DNA from: Podarcis liolepis
Taxonomy: Eukaryota
Length of the DNA: 64,000 bases
Assembly (NCBI GenBank): GCA_965112155.1
Contig: OZ218102.1
Strand: one strand, 5' to 3'
A model generated the notes under the pieces. It had not been told where the DNA came from and made no database searches. It saw only the letters and a list, made by a program, of their open reading frames with translations. Shown here one piece after another: positions 49,241 through 63,172 of this stretch. How positions within the stretch are numbered: the stretch's first letter is position 1; each line of letters begins with the position of its first letter. The position numbers and the translations under genes are program-made.

Positions 49241-52089
49241 GACTAAACTATGGCTTGGAATTATACCTACCTCAGCTAATATTTTCCCAAAACACCCTTA
49301 AGAACGGCCATGCTGCCTTTGCACAAAATTACACAAATAGCATGGTAATAAGCACAGTTTGTCTGCTGCTTCTAGCCTGCCATCTACAGTACTGGGATTT
49401 TTGTTGTTGTTCGCGTTTTAGTGGAAGAGAGGCGTGTGAAAAAGCACAGAGATTGATTTGATAGCTATACTTGGATCTTAGTGACCTATATTTCTTCTCC
49501 GTGTGTTGACCAAGGGGATAAAAAAGTGACCCATTTCTTCATAGTTTATATTTATTTTCGGAGAGGCCCTTGCTAACCACCTAGCTGAGCAGCAATGTCA
49601 GGGGGATAATATAACATCAGCGTAAACAAGTTATTTTTGCATGCTAAGGGTGACCATGCAGAAGTGACTCACAGGTCTGCTTTGATGCTTATGACCTAAG
49701 CAGTCATTCCCAAGACTTAAAAATAACTTGAGTTTTATAGCACACTCTGCGGAGTAGTGTGTATGTAATACAAGATAGTGTTCACCACCCTTTGACTTTT
49801 TGCAAATCTATCCGAAGACTGCCTTAAGTGACTCTTGTGAAACAATATATGTTAGGTCCAATTTATTCATAATATGGGCCGGGGAAGGTGCATTTGCCCA
49901 TGTAAACAAGGCATCTGTTCTGCTTACGTTTAAAAGCATGTACCATGTGTGCCCTTGATACATCACCGTTGTGCTAATGCTACATGCATACGGCGCATTG
50001 CCTTTGCTGTTCATATAAACGCAATTTGCTCTTCTTCAAGGGAGTTCAGCCAGTGTAGAAGAAATGTGGGTTTGCAGGCTTCTGCCATCAACCCTTCGGG
50101 ACAGCGAAGAGCTTAGGCAGAAGCGTACAAGAAGCAACGGTGGTTGCAATTTGTCTGTAAACATACAAATAGCTTTTATCAGTGTGCATAGCAACCAAGA
50201 ATGCTTTGGCAAGCCTTCTGCGTGCAAGGAGAAACTCTATTGAGTTTGCTGCTGCTGTTGCTGCTTATCCTGTGGCTGACCAAGGAAAAGCTGCTGACCT
50301 GGGCATCCTTTGCAGCTGGCTGTACTGAAGAGAGTCAAGGCATGAGATACGGCTGTCTTCTGGATTTTTACCAGAGCAAGGAGCCTTGTCCCCCCAGTCA
50401 AAGGTAAGGGATGAAGCTGGCTGGTTGGAAGAACTGGTTGGAAGAACTTAAATAAGCCTTGGGTTAAAAGAATATTAAGTGCTGATTTATCTGAACAACT
50501 TTTATATATCCATCAGCAGACAAATTGAAGTCACGGCACCACCACATCTGCAATATCTTTTTATTTAATGCATTTATTTGACATTGAATGCTTGTTGTTT
50601 GTTTTTTTAATGAGTGTTTGGTTTAAAATTAGTCGTTCCGACTTTGTAAAGCTGCTTTGGGTTGTTGTTTTTCTGCGCAAAGTTTCTGTGTAAATACAAC
50701 CAAGTGAAAATGGTTGATTTATAATCTTGCCTTTATTCTATATATAATAGTAAAATAATATTAATAATGATCTAACTCTTTCAAAGGTGAGAGGTAGATT
50801 GCAACTGGACTGTTCCTACACCATGAGAATTCTGTTAGATTGGGTTGCCCCCGCCACTTCCAAGAGCAATTTACAATAATGAAATACTGGAATTTAAGAA
50901 TAACTAAACCTTAGTGTTTTTTGGTGACACAGGGCCAACTCTCAGTGACTACAGCATTTCACCATTACCTTCTCAGATAATGGTATTTCAGCTCAGTTTA
51001 CTGTAAGATTCAAGGTGAGGGTCTTTGGCACAATCTGATGCATTGACAGATTCTCATATCTGGTCAAATCATCTTTTCCTCATTGAAGGAAAGCACCAAG
51101 GCTGGTATATCTAGTGAAAAGGACCATGATACCCTCCTATATTGGTACAAAACCCTTTTTTACAGGATTCTGTGTGCCGCATCTGGTAAACAAAGGCAAG
51201 TGTGTGCTAGTATCCTTCAGCCACAAAGTCTTAAGTTGGAACGGCTGCAGGTTTCTGAAGCACAACACCGTAGGATGAGTGTGCACCCACCAAAGGGAAC
51301 GAAGGCCACCTCATAGTTCTGCCTTTCTCCATCCTCATTTCATTAAAATCAGGAAGAGCTACATAGAGTCGTGCTTCAGACTTCTGTTGACATTGCTGCA
51401 CTCGAAGCATGACTTCTCAAACCCAGCTGCTAGGATGCATTCATTTAATTTCCGTGACCTCTCCCCCTCCTACTTTTCCATATGCTTAATATGCATATCC
51501 CACAGGTTTCCAATGGTAGATTGCCGTCAGAGTGCAGATTTACACCATAATGCTTGGTGGCTGGTGAATGGTATTCTGGAGTGTAATTTTGGACATAGGT
51601 CTCTGTGTTCATTGGGGATTCCTTCCAGGGAAGGGTGTAAAGCAGCTTGGTGCTTTGCAGATGTTTTGGACTACAACTCCTTGGCTGGGGCTGATGGGAG
51701 ATGTAGTCTAGAACAATAGGAGAGCGCCTGGTTAGAGAAGCCTTCTGTAATACTTTGCAGGCATGCAATGCAACGCTATGTTTCTTAGCTTGGAAGTAAG
51801 TCACACTGTATCCGATGACATTTACTCTAGCTTTGTTCTTAGGATTCCAGGCTTAAGTAACATTATTTGTACACAGACTTCTGGTGGTAATATGATTGCA
51901 GTTTTCTGCTAAGAAATTCTTTCTTCCCTGATGATGTCTCAGGGTCCACATGTAAAAAAGCAGAAGTAGTTGCATGTTTTGAGCTAGCTTTCCTCAACTT
52001 TTTTGGAAAGGGGAAAGGGGGTAAAAATTGGGAGAGATCTACTGCTGAATTGAAAGAAAACATAGCAAAAACGACCAACCACCTTTGTA

Positions 52090-52310
52090 CAGTGGAACCT
52101 CGGGTTGCGAACGTGATCCATGCGGGAGACACATTTGCAACCCGCAGCGTTCGCAACCCGTAGTGCTGCGTCTGCACACACGGGTGATGAGATTCTGCGC
52201 ATGTGCGAGCGCTGAAACCCGGATGTAACCTGTTCCAGTACTTCCGGGTTCAGCGCATCTGTAACCTGAAAACGCGCAACCCGCAGCGATCGCAACCCAA
52301 GGTATGACTG
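52090..52310. mobile_element. Tc1/mariner (Tigger-like) MITE
   Basis: TA TSD; TIRs CAGTGGAACCTCGGGTTGCGA/TCGCAACCCAAGGTATGACTG. Confidence 0.88.
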
Positions 52311-52710
52311 TATTCTGGCATGGAATCAGCTAACAGCTAATTTCTTTTAGTGTTTTTACTTTTGTATGTTTTAACGTGTGGTTGTCATTTTTTCTTTATT
52401 TTCTTGTTTTATATTTTTGAAAGCTGCTTTGAGGGTTTGTTTTTTTTACAATCAAGTAGGTAAAATAAACCTTATTAAATAAATAAAATAAATTAAAAAC
52501 CTGAAATTTAAAGCAAAGATGGCCATGGATGGGGCTGCTGCGGATTTTCTCTAAAGTGAGTGCTTTGCCAGCTATCCTATTGGCATCGCCATTTTTGTTA
52601 TGAAATAAAATTAGAATTAAGGCGTTTTTTAAAAAGAATATTAAAATAGGCAGTTAATTTGTAGCCTGGAAAATTTAATTTCTCTAGCGTTTCTGAGTTA
52701 AACTTAACTA

Positions 52711-52941
52711 CAGTGGTACCTCGGGTTACAGACACTTCAGGTTACAGATGCTTCAGGTTACAGACTTCGCTAACCCAGAAATACTACCTGGGATTAAGAA
52801 CTTTGCTTCAGGATGAGAACAGAAATTGCGCCGCGGCAGCAAGAGACCCCATAAGCTAAAGTGGTAACTCAAGTTAAGAACAGTTTTAGGTTAAGAATGG
52901 ACCTCCAGAATGAATTAAGTTCTTAACCCGAGGTACCACTG
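52711..52941. mobile_element. Tc1/mariner (Tigger-like) MITE
   Basis: TA TSD; TIRs CAGTGGTACCTCGGGTTA/TAACCCGAGGTACCACTG. Confidence 0.93.
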
Positions 52942-55900
52942 TATTGTTGTAAATCAGAATAACATAGAAGCGATCTTGATCTCCAAGTTTGCAGTTTTCT
53001 TCTAATTTTATTTTATTTTTTCGTGTGTGTTTGAAAATTTGAAAAAATGCTTACAGTGGGTAAGAAAAAGGGTACACAACTGAAAGCTTTTCTGTACCTA
53101 AATGCAGATAAAGCATAAATAATTGGTCATGGGGACAGCATTTAAAGTTTTGTTTCATTCGGATGGCTGCTTATTCGGGGCACTATCTAGTCAAAGTTTC
53201 AGTACCATTAAATCCTGTTGATTATAGTCTGTGCCTAAAGCTGCCCTATTGAAATAAATGAAACAGGCTCCAATTCTAGACACAAGGTTCCTGGGGGTAA
53301 AATCTCATTAAACTATATAGAAATTGTGTTATTTTGGGATATCCTTAGGCATATTTACCCATATGCCATTGTGTTCAATGGTGCTTGTCCCAGGCAAGTG
53401 TGCGTAGGATTGCAGCCTTAATAGCTTTTGAAACTTTCAGTTTTTGAAATTTTCTGTTAAAATTCCAAGGTGCCGTCCAGCCAAACCAATATGAATTCTT
53501 AAGTCTCTTTGATTTAAGTAGCTCTGCTCTCCTGTTGAAATCGCTGGCAATTTAAAAGGGCCCAACACCCCTATGTTTCCATGGGGGGAAGTAGAATCCA
53601 AAATGCTCATTTATTTTGTTTTTTTTCGCGTGAGATACAACAGTCGAGACAATGTGCATAATAACAATTTTGCACAAATTATTTCCTACAGAAATAGCAA
53701 TGGGCTAAAAAGAGAGAGTTGAGGTTTGTAGCCCACTGTTGACTTGTACCAACAGTGAATTTGCTCCTCCAAATGTTTCATGGACCTTAAGGGCTTATAC
53801 ATGTGGCTGTGTAATGTGAATTATAAATCTTGTGTCATTTTTACTGGGTGAACGGAAATGGCTATAATGAACTAAGTAAGCTACCATAAAAGTTAGCTTT
53901 TTTTTGCGGGGGCGGGGTGTTGTATTACTGAAAAATACAGAGCACAGATATGCTTTATAGCATGTTCAGTGTAAGAATATACATTTCCATGGCCCTACAT
54001 CTATGAATGTTATTTACTTGGCTTTTCCTGCAGACACAGAAGCACTGATTTTCTTCCACACCATGCCTGAGATAGCGCCTGTTGGTCCCCTGATGTTCTG
54101 TTTCCTACATAGCTGCTGCTTTCAATTTACTTTGGCAATATACTGTGTGTGACTTATAGTTAGGTAGCAACCTTTGGTTGTTATTGAAGCAATATGTTTT
54201 CGGTTCAGAAAGTTGGCTTTATTGCACAATTCCTAACAGATGTGCATTTCCAGACATCTGGTCGGAGTTTGTTTTACAACCTGGTCATAACCCCCCCCCC
54301 AAACCCCCCTCAAAAACAAAAACCAGGACCATAATCCAACAAAGGGTTAAGCAAGCTTCAAGCACACTTATAACTCTGTGTTGGATTGGGGCCAGTTGGT
54401 TATATTCTGGTGATGCTGAAGTATACAATGTTCTCATTACCCCTATGGCATCCAAAGCATATTATACATTAAATAAAAATAGTCTCTTTAAAGAGCTGCT
54501 TTTGGCAAATCCACTGGGTCCAGTGGGATTTTTATTTTTGAATTGCAGACCTCCAAAAAGAGATCAGAAAAGAGTATTGGTAACTGCTTGTAGAGAAACA
54601 TGAGCCAAAGACCTTCTTGGGTGTGTACAATTAGTTGTACAATTCTTTGGATTCTGGCTTAAATAAAGAAATAAATCAGTGGACTCCTACAACATTGTGA
54701 AGTTATGCAGAATTGTGTGTTTTTTCTTGTTAAAAGCTTTCTTTTGTCAAAATCCCATTCAGAAACCAATTTTAATTTCCAAGACTTTAGGAAGGGATTA
54801 TTATTATTATTATTAAATATTTAATACTAGCACCATTCCCACAAGTTCAGAAATTACCAGGATGTAGTTCTGATTGAAAGGCAGGATGAGCCCAGTTCAA
54901 ATTTACTTCAGCAATGCAGTGGCCTCAAGGAAACTGCTGTTTTCTCAGCCTTGAATTTGTCTTAAGACAGGGATTTTGCAGGTGGACCACAGCCCCCATC
55001 ATCCTTGACCATTGATTGGGCTGGCTGGGATGGGGGGCTGATGGGAGTTGGAGTCCAACCACAATTGGAGGGCCTCTTGTTTTCCTATCCTTGCTTTACA
55101 AGGATAAGAATACTAGACTGCCTTATAAAAGATTGCTGAGATTATGATTATTCGTGTGAAGGCATACTTCAAATACTTAAGTGTACTATGCAAATGCTAA
55201 ATGCTATTATTTTCCCATTTCTTCGTTCCAGTTCTCACTCAGGTATCCAATATCTCCTTTCTTGAAGGAGTGCCAATTGTTCCCTGGTTATTGGGAAATC
55301 GAAAGAATGACAGCTTTTTGCATTACCTGTAATAGGAACGATAGCACATGCATTCTTTCTAAGTTTTGCTGCGGGCTTTTTGGAATAATTCTCACAGCTG
55401 TTATTAAGAGGGGGCACTATGAATTTCCAGGCATGTTTTTTGCTTCCAAGGCTAGGTTTGGGGTTTTTATTGTTGTCGCTGAGACAAAATATATGTGAAT
55501 GAGGCTAATTTTCTGATAGCCCTTGGTGTTGGAGGTAAAAATTGAAAATGCCATCAGAATCTAAATCTCCCAAGACATTAAAGTTTGCAAATGACCTGAG
55601 TTGTCTATTACATGGATCATGGCGATGGGCTCAGATGTTAGCTATTCCCAGCACATTAGTTATCTTCCTGTCATCTACGATGATAGAAAGAAGTGCATCT
55701 AAAAGACGAGTGTGTGTAGGAGAGACTATTTTATGAAAAGGAAACAGGTTAGGCGGGGGCAAGTGGTCAGTGTGAGGTTCTGTGGGGACAAGTAATTGAC
55801 ATATGCTTGCAATGATGTCAATGACAGAAACCTATTTCAGGCATTGAAACTCCAATGCAGAACAGCACCTGAGCAGAAAGCATAGTTGGACCTCGTAGTG

Positions 55901-56446
55901 GACCTCCAGCATCAGCACAAACAACCGAACTGTCTGCAGGGATGGATATTTTCCATGTGACCTGTAGCCCTAATCGGGCAGAATTACAAGTTGTGTGGAA
56001 GTCTGTCATTGTAGCTGTGCGTCCGCAGCAATACTATGGATGTCTGGCCAGTGATGGTGCTGTGTTCCTTGGTATAGCCAGTTGCTCTTCCTGTGTTGCT
56101 GCATGTGGGATCTCTGATGCATGGAGGCAACGAAGAACTAGGATCAACTCAAGCTGGGGAAGAAAAGTGGCCTATAAAATTATAATAAATAGAATTAAAT
56201 ACCAGGTTGGAACTATTAGTTCATCTGGAGACCAGTGTTAACTGGTAATGGTTCTGTAAGGTTTTAGGCAGAGGAGGACCTTGCATGTCACCTCAAACAG
56301 ATCCTTTTGGCTGAAGATGTCAGGGACGGAATTCTGGACATGGCGAGTATTCAAAGCATGTTGAGTTAAGGCCATTCCTCAGTGTAGATTAGCTGTACGC
56401 ACCCACTCAACACACTCTCTCTCTCTCTTTCTCAGATGGTAATATA

Positions 56447-56687
56447 CAGTGGTACCTCGGGTTACATACGCTTCAGGTTACTGACACTTTAGGTTACAGA
56501 CTCCACTAACCCAGAAATAGTACTCGGGTTAAGAACTTTGCTTCAGGATGAGAACAGAAAACGTGCTCCGGCGGCGCGGCAGCAGCAGGAGGCCCCATTA
56601 GCTAAAGTGGTGCTTCAGGTTAAGAACACTTTCAGGTTAAGAACGGACCTCCGGAACGAATTAAGTACTTAACCCGAGGTACCACTG
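56447..56687. mobile_element. Tc1/mariner (Tigger-like) MITE
   Basis: Same family and TIRs as 52711; TA TSD. Confidence 0.93.
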
Positions 56688-57973
56688 TAGATTGTGTCCC
56701 ACACATTTTTGTCTCCTTTCAGCTCCTTTCCGTTGAGAATACTTAGAATAGGGTTTTGTTCTCCTGCAAGGTGGTAGTTTGACATGGTTGCAGGTCCAAA
56801 AGTCAGCTGTAGGGGCAGAGGAGAGGAGGTTCAGAGAGCCATGGCTTTACAGTATCGTACTTTGAGCAGATGAGAACAAAAATAATGCACATATGTGGAG
56901 CAATTTCAGACCACCCTATAGTGTGAAGCCACGCCAGATCAAAGCCCTAGCATTAGACTCTGTAAGTCTAGGGCTGCCACTGCAGTTATGTAGCTGATAA
57001 AAGTGATTATTTTAGCCGTCTCCTGTTGATGCATGTTCAATTGTATACTTTCACCTTTCAACAAGACTCTGCCTTTACAGAAGGGAACAGTTGATCCTTC
57101 TAGCTGAGAACTACCATCTGCATCAAGCAGTGTTGTGGTGTAACTGTTTGGATGAGAAGGATTTTTGTGTGTGTGTGAATTCTAAAGCAGAATGCAATGT
57201 ATTCTTCTGCATAGTGTTCAAGAAATTCATACAGCACTTTGGCCCATGCTTTAGGATCTGAACCTGGCAATATATTCTTCAGCTTAATTAAATGTGTTCA
57301 ATCAATTCCTTTAAAAAATAAAAATGTGTGGTTTGTGCATGGCCTCTCCGTAACCACGAAAAGTAGTAATAATTGTTATTTTTCCTTTATTCATTATTTT
57401 TACCGAGAGTGGTTTCATGACAACTTATAGCAAAAAATATAGTACAAATACAACATACAGGTTTAAAACAGTAAACGAAACTAAAAGTGATCCCACACTA
57501 GGTTTCTCCCCGCCCCATTGTTCTAAAATCTCTCAAGAAATCATGACCGTCTTCTGATTCATATATAGCAAAACCAAAACATGTGCATTAGTCTTTAGTT
57601 ATATTTTAAAAGGCATAAATAAATAACTACGAATAATTCTAGGACATTTAGTTCGTTGTAATTTTTTTTGTCCGTGTGAAAAGTTAAAACTGTCTTGTCA
57701 CCCCTTCTGCCCTTGCTCTCCCCTTCTTCTGTTGCTTCCCTGTGTATATTTTTAGATCGGAAGCCTCTTGGGGCAGGGACCTGTCAAACTTGCTCTCTGT
57801 AAAGCACCATGTATATTAATAGCACTGTAGAAATCATAATAATCTCCTGTGCATGCCCTCTCCCAAAGCACAAAGCTAAACCGGACCCTAACAAAATTTG
57901 CACGGTGCTCAGAACTATAGGTTTGTTCGTTCAGTGGAAAGACTAGGTTGATGACATCCTTTCCATTATGATA

Positions 57974-58199
57974 CAGTGGTACCTCAGGTTAAATACGCTT
58001 CAGGTTACAGACTCCGATAACCCAGAAATAGTACCTCAGGTTAAGAACTTTGCTTCAGGATGAGAACAGAAATTGTGCTCCGGCAGCGCAGCGGCAGCAG
58101 GAGGCCCCATTAGCTAAAGTGGTGCTTCAGGTTAAGAACAGTTTCAGGTTAAGAACAGACCTCCGGAACGAATTAAGTACTTAACCCGAGGTACCACTG
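57974..58199. mobile_element. Tc1/mariner (Tigger-like) MITE
   Basis: Same family and TIRs as 52711; TA TSD. Confidence 0.93.
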
Positions 58200-60243
58200 T
58201 ATAGCCCATCCAGGGACCAAGGATCTCTAGGGTAAGGGGTAGGCAAAGTGGTAATGTTGGACTCTCAGCTCCAGCCAATGCAGCTTAGTGGTCAAGGATG
58301 ATGGGAGTTGCAGCCCATCAACATAAGGAAGGCACCATGTTGGCTGCCCCTGCTGTAGGGCATGTGCTATTTGTATGTATAGTGTGGTAGAACAGGCATT
58401 CATCACATTCATGGGTGATCCCCAAAATAAACAAAGGCTAGAATAACAGCTTAGGCTATGTGGAACTCCATGAACTTCACAAAGAGCCCCTAAATGGGTT
58501 GGAGCTTTTGTTAGGACCATGTTCCAGAACAAACCCTTTTGGACGGCTTTGGAATATAGCACATTGATATATGTCAGCTAAAAAATTGCTACGTGAGTAA
58601 CATAAAGGCAAGCATATAAAGTGCCAGGACAGTATTTAATGTTCCATAAAAATAAAAAAACCTAGTGTGAGAGAACTTTTGAATAATCTGATGATATACC
58701 TGAGTTACAAGAGACCTTGTTTCTATATGCCACGACAGCTGCAAGAATTATGTTAGCACAAAATTGGAGATATACCTGAGTTACTGCACTGCTGAGTACA
58801 AAGAATTGATGCTATCAAATGCTGAGCAAGTTTTACAAACTCTAGTTGCAAAGCAATAATAAGAGAACTTTGCATTGCTTACCAGGCGATCCCTGGCTTA
58901 GCATTCTGAAGTCCCTTTCGCAATCAATATTTTTCTGTGGTCCCTGCGTTGAAAGGCATTGTGTGGGCCAATGAATTTGGCCATTCTTACAAATAAGGAT
59001 AACCACACATCTTACTAAGCTATCTAGAGGCAACATAACTGAACGCCTCAACAGCACTAGCACCTTATCTGGGAGCAGGGATTTTGAACATTAACAGAGA
59101 ATGGGCATGCACAGACTGCAGTGTTGCATGTTAATCAAACCCAACAAAGAAAGACCCTGAGTTGGAAATTATGTGCTTCCGATGTGTAGATCATACACAT
59201 ATGAGTCTGCAGCCAACAACAGCTTATCATTGCTCTTAATTTACTGCCCATACATGTAGTGATTTATTTATCTATGTAGATATAGATATGCAGATATTTT
59301 TGTTGTTGCTGAGTAGGCGTGTTCAGACATTCACTTTGCACACTTAATTCACTTATTGTGAACATGCATTTCTTTTACTAGTCCTTCTCTACTAGCGACA
59401 TCCTTTGTGCTTCATTAAAAGAGTTTCAGACCCATAAAAGTGTTACGGCAAGAACAATTGAAAAATGAGTATCTGCTTACATCGTCTTTTGTTCAGCTCT
59501 TTTGGAGCTTCGGGATACAAAATACAGATGATTACAGAGTATTATCCAAAAAACTGATTTCAAGTCACTCTTTTTTTACACACAAAAAGCATTTCACAGA
59601 CCTACTAGAAAGATAGCCAAACACAGCTGTGAGGTTGGTTACAACACAGACGTCTGTTGAAACAACATAGTTAATAAGATGCAAACTGTAAAGAAGGAAA
59701 TTAATTTTGTATAGTTAAAAAAAAAGACAGTTTATGCTAAAAAGTCTATTTGGCATATTAAATTATTACAATATATTTATTTGCCCTTTTTGTCATTAAC
59801 ATATTCCAGGACTAATTATTTAATCAATTCATTCCAAGCTACAAGGAGCAACACATTTTGCTACTGTAATGACCTTACAGTGTATTCGTATTTTGTTGGC
59901 ACTGTTTCACAGAGCTGAATTTTTGACTTTAAAGTGCTCCATTTTAGCAAGGAATACCTAAAAGGACAGCGAATGTTTTGTTTTGTTTTGGGGCTTGTGA
60001 ATGTTGGTATTGCAGTATCTCATATTAGAGACAGCCATTCTTAAATTCAGCCATAATCCATACCTATGTGGCTATGATTTGATTTGGCTGCTTGATAGGT
60101 TAAGAACCACGACCCCAGTCTAGCAACTCTGGTGCTGAATGCTAAGTTGCTCAAATGCCTTGTACAGGTATTGTTCAGGATTTCATACGTGTGTATTATC
60201 AGCCACGCGTCACGAGTCACATTCCCATTGCCATCCAATGGAA

Positions 60244-60535
60244 GAGAGCCAGTGTGGTGCAGTGGTTAAGAGCGGTAGTCTCGTAATCTGGGGAACCGGG
60301 TTTGAGTCTCCGCTCCTCCACATGCAGCTGCTGGGTGACCTTGGGCCAGTCATACTTCTTTGAAGTCTCTCAGCCCCACTCACCTCACAGAGTGTTTGTT
60401 GTGGGGGAGGAAGGGAAAGGAGAATGTTAGCTGCTTTGAGACTCCTTAAAAAGGGAGTGAAAGGCGGGATATCAAATCCAAACTCCTCCTCCTCCTCTTC
60501 TTCTTCTTCTTCTTCTTCTTCTTCTTCTTCTTCTT
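60244..60535 (+). mobile_element. tRNA-derived squamate SINE with (CCT)/(CTT)n tail (MIR/CORE-like, possibly Squam3)
   Basis: A box TGGTGCAGTGG, B box GGTTTGAGTC, CORE-like GGGTGACCTTGGGCCAGTCA, microsatellite tail. Confidence 0.85.
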
Positions 60536-60946
60536 GGATTTTGGATTATTATTTTTTTGCAGTGGGACCCAGCCCCAATTTTACTGGCAGTTTTCTGGAT
60601 TTTAGATCATATCTGGCAGCTGTGTGAGAAGAAGACCCCTGTGCAACATTGCAGTGGCCAATATGCGCAAGCACATGTAATAGATCTTGTGACACAAATA
60701 TAGAAGGGTTGTTAGATACTAATCTGCAGTATGACTAGCACATCTGAAGTTTTGCCAGGGAATCGAATCAGTGCTCACAGGGATGCCAATAAAAGCCTGC
60801 TAGTTATTTTGTAACTGTACTTTTTCTTCCCAGTTTTCTTGCCCCTTTAGTGCAGTAATATTTGAGAACTGAAAGTCTTAACAATGCCATACTTCAAGCC
60901 CACCACAGTAGAATGCTACAAAATCCGTAAGACAATGTCTAAGTAA

Positions 60947-61196
60947 CAGTCGTACTTTAGTTTTCGAACAGCTTAGTTCTCGAATGTTTCGGCTCCTGAA
61001 CGCCGCAAACCCGGAAGTAAGTTTTCCGGTTTGCGAACTTTTTTTGGAAGCCAAACATCCAGCGGGGCTTCTGCGGCTTCCGATTGGCTGCAGGAGCTTC
61101 CTGCAGCCAATCAGAAGCCGCGCTTTGGTTTCCAAATGTTTTGGAAGTCGAACAGACTTCCAGAATGGATTCCGTTCAACTTCCAAGGTACGACTG
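60947..61196. mobile_element. Tc1/mariner (Tigger-like) MITE
   Basis: TIRs CAGTCGTAC/GTACGACTG-TA; internal palindrome GATTGGCTGCAGGAGCTTCCTGCAGCCAATC. Confidence 0.85.
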
Positions 61197-62229
61197 TATT
61201 GCTGCTGTTTGACACCTCATAAAATAATGGCCCTGTTGGGAGGAATAATAAGATATATGCTTCCCATGACATGACCAGTCACAAGGAATCAAAATCCAAC
61301 TTGGCAAAATTTGCAGTTAAAAAGTCTTCCAAGATTCAAGTGGAATAAGGACAGAGAGGAAATGAAGACGTGGATCTGCCAAAATGACACGAAAAAGCCC
61401 AGCATGCCAGTTCTTGCAACGAATGCCCATATATAACTTGTATCTTCCTTTATCCAATCTCCCACCTGTAGCTTCTGTCTCCTTTTACTGATGTTCTGAA
61501 AAGAGCAAGTAGCAAAACTGCTTCAGAAGCAGAAATAATGGCTGTCAGTTTTTACTGCGATCCTACTTGCACTGGAAAAGGGATTCTTTTAAAAACGGGT
61601 GAATTAAAAGATTCGTGAAATAAAGGCATGTTGTAACAGCCCACGGCTAAATTCAATAAATGTGACTTGACTTATAAATTGAAAGCAACAACAGCAGCAG
61701 CAGCAACAACCTAAATAGAAACAGCTGGCTGTTGGACCATTAAATGAGTGAAGTAATTTACAGCTAAACTGTAGACAGTGGGTAGAATTGTTGATAAAAG
61801 AGGGCTGATCACTACCTGCAGCTGGCTGAGCCTTTAACAGTATTTCTTTGTTCACTGCTTCTCACTGGCTGACCCGTACGAAGCTTTAATGATAAATGAA
61901 TCAAATTTGCCATGTCCTTTTGCTTGATCTGGAAGCCGAGTGACTGTTTTTACTATTAAACTGTTAGTTCTTACATGCTCCGGGTAAGGTTCATATAGAT
62001 GAACGTAGGTCGTTAGCCATTGAACTTCATGGTTCTAGATTTTTGCTTTTCGGGTTGCTGAGTGCAGAGCTCTGCGTAATCCCCCAATGGTTTTGCTTTT
62101 TTGTTTTTAATTCAATGCTCACAGAGGGAGCTGTTTTTATCAAAACGTTAGCAGTCTGCAAGATGGTTGGAAAATAGCCAAACAGTAATTCTCATAAAAT
62201 CAGGGGAGGGGAGTAATGGTGGCGACACA

Positions 62230-62619
62230 GTAGTGTTGGTGCTGACCTTTAAAGCCCTAAATGGCCTTGGCCCATTATACCTGAAGGAGCATCTCCACCC
62301 CCATCATTCAGCCCGGACACTGAGGTCCAGCTCCAAGGGTCTTCTGGCAGTTTCCCCACTGTGAGATGTGAGGTTACAGGAAACCAGGCAGAGGGCCTAC
62401 TTGGTGGTGGTGCCTGCCCTGTGGAATGCCCTCCCGTCAGATGTCAAGGAAATAAACAACTATCTGACTTTTAGAAGACATCTGAAGGCAGCCCTGTTTA
62501 GGGAAGTTTTTAATGTTTGACCTTTTATTGTGTTTTAATATCCTGGTGGAAGCCGCCCAGAATGGCAGGGGAAACCCAACCAGATGGGTGGGGTGTAAAT
62601 AATTAAATTATTATTATTA
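62230..62619 (+). mobile_element. L2-clade LINE 3' end
   Basis: Close homolog of 13249-13639 (VLVLTFKALNGLGPLYLKEHL; same 3'UTR and tail). Confidence 0.9.
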
Positions 62620-63060
62620 CTTTAAATACTTGAAAGGCAGTCACCTAGAAGACTTGTTCTCTACTGCCCCAGATGGCAGGATTTTATATATAATATGATT
62701 AAGTTACAGCAGATTCCAGCTGAGCATTTAGCAGAAACATCTTGGCAGTGAGAGAAGTTTATCAATGGAACCAAGGGTCTAAGGCAGCGGTTCTCAACCT
62801 GTGGGTCCCCAGATGTTGTTGGACTACAACTCCCATCATCCCTGAGCTTTGGCTCAGCGATGATGGGATTTGTAGTCTAACAACATCTGGGGACCCACAG
62901 GTTGAGAAAGGCTGGTCTAAGGGGTGGTGGGTTGCCCCTCGCTAGTGGTCTTCAGACAGATGCTGGAAAGTCAGGTTGAAGATCCTGTGAGCTCTTAGCC
63001 TCCAGCATCAAACAAAGAGTTGGATTAGACCATAAACTATCCTCCGGTCCTATATTCTGT
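62620..63060 (+). mobile_element. Old CR1 3' fragment interrupted by a MITE
   Basis: TTTAAATACTTGAAAGGC (FKYLKG)...CAATGGAAC...GTTGGATTAGA, typical of CR1 3' ends. Confidence 0.6.
62785..62914. mobile_element. Palindromic hAT MITE (near-perfect 130-nt hairpin)
   Basis: 8-bp TSD GTCTAAGG at 62777-62784 and 62915-62922; arms complementary almost to the centre. Confidence 0.93.
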
Positions 63061-63172
63061 GGCCACACTTGCACCATACATTTAAAGCACAATTATATCA
63101 CTGTTGCAATCATGGCTTTCCCTCAAAGGATCCTGGGAACTGTAGTTTGTTAAGGATGCTGGGAGTTGCTAG

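Noticed and set aside
61685-61710. (CAA)(CAG)4(CAA) tract as a DM-like repeat
   Set aside because: Too short and interrupted to be meaningful.
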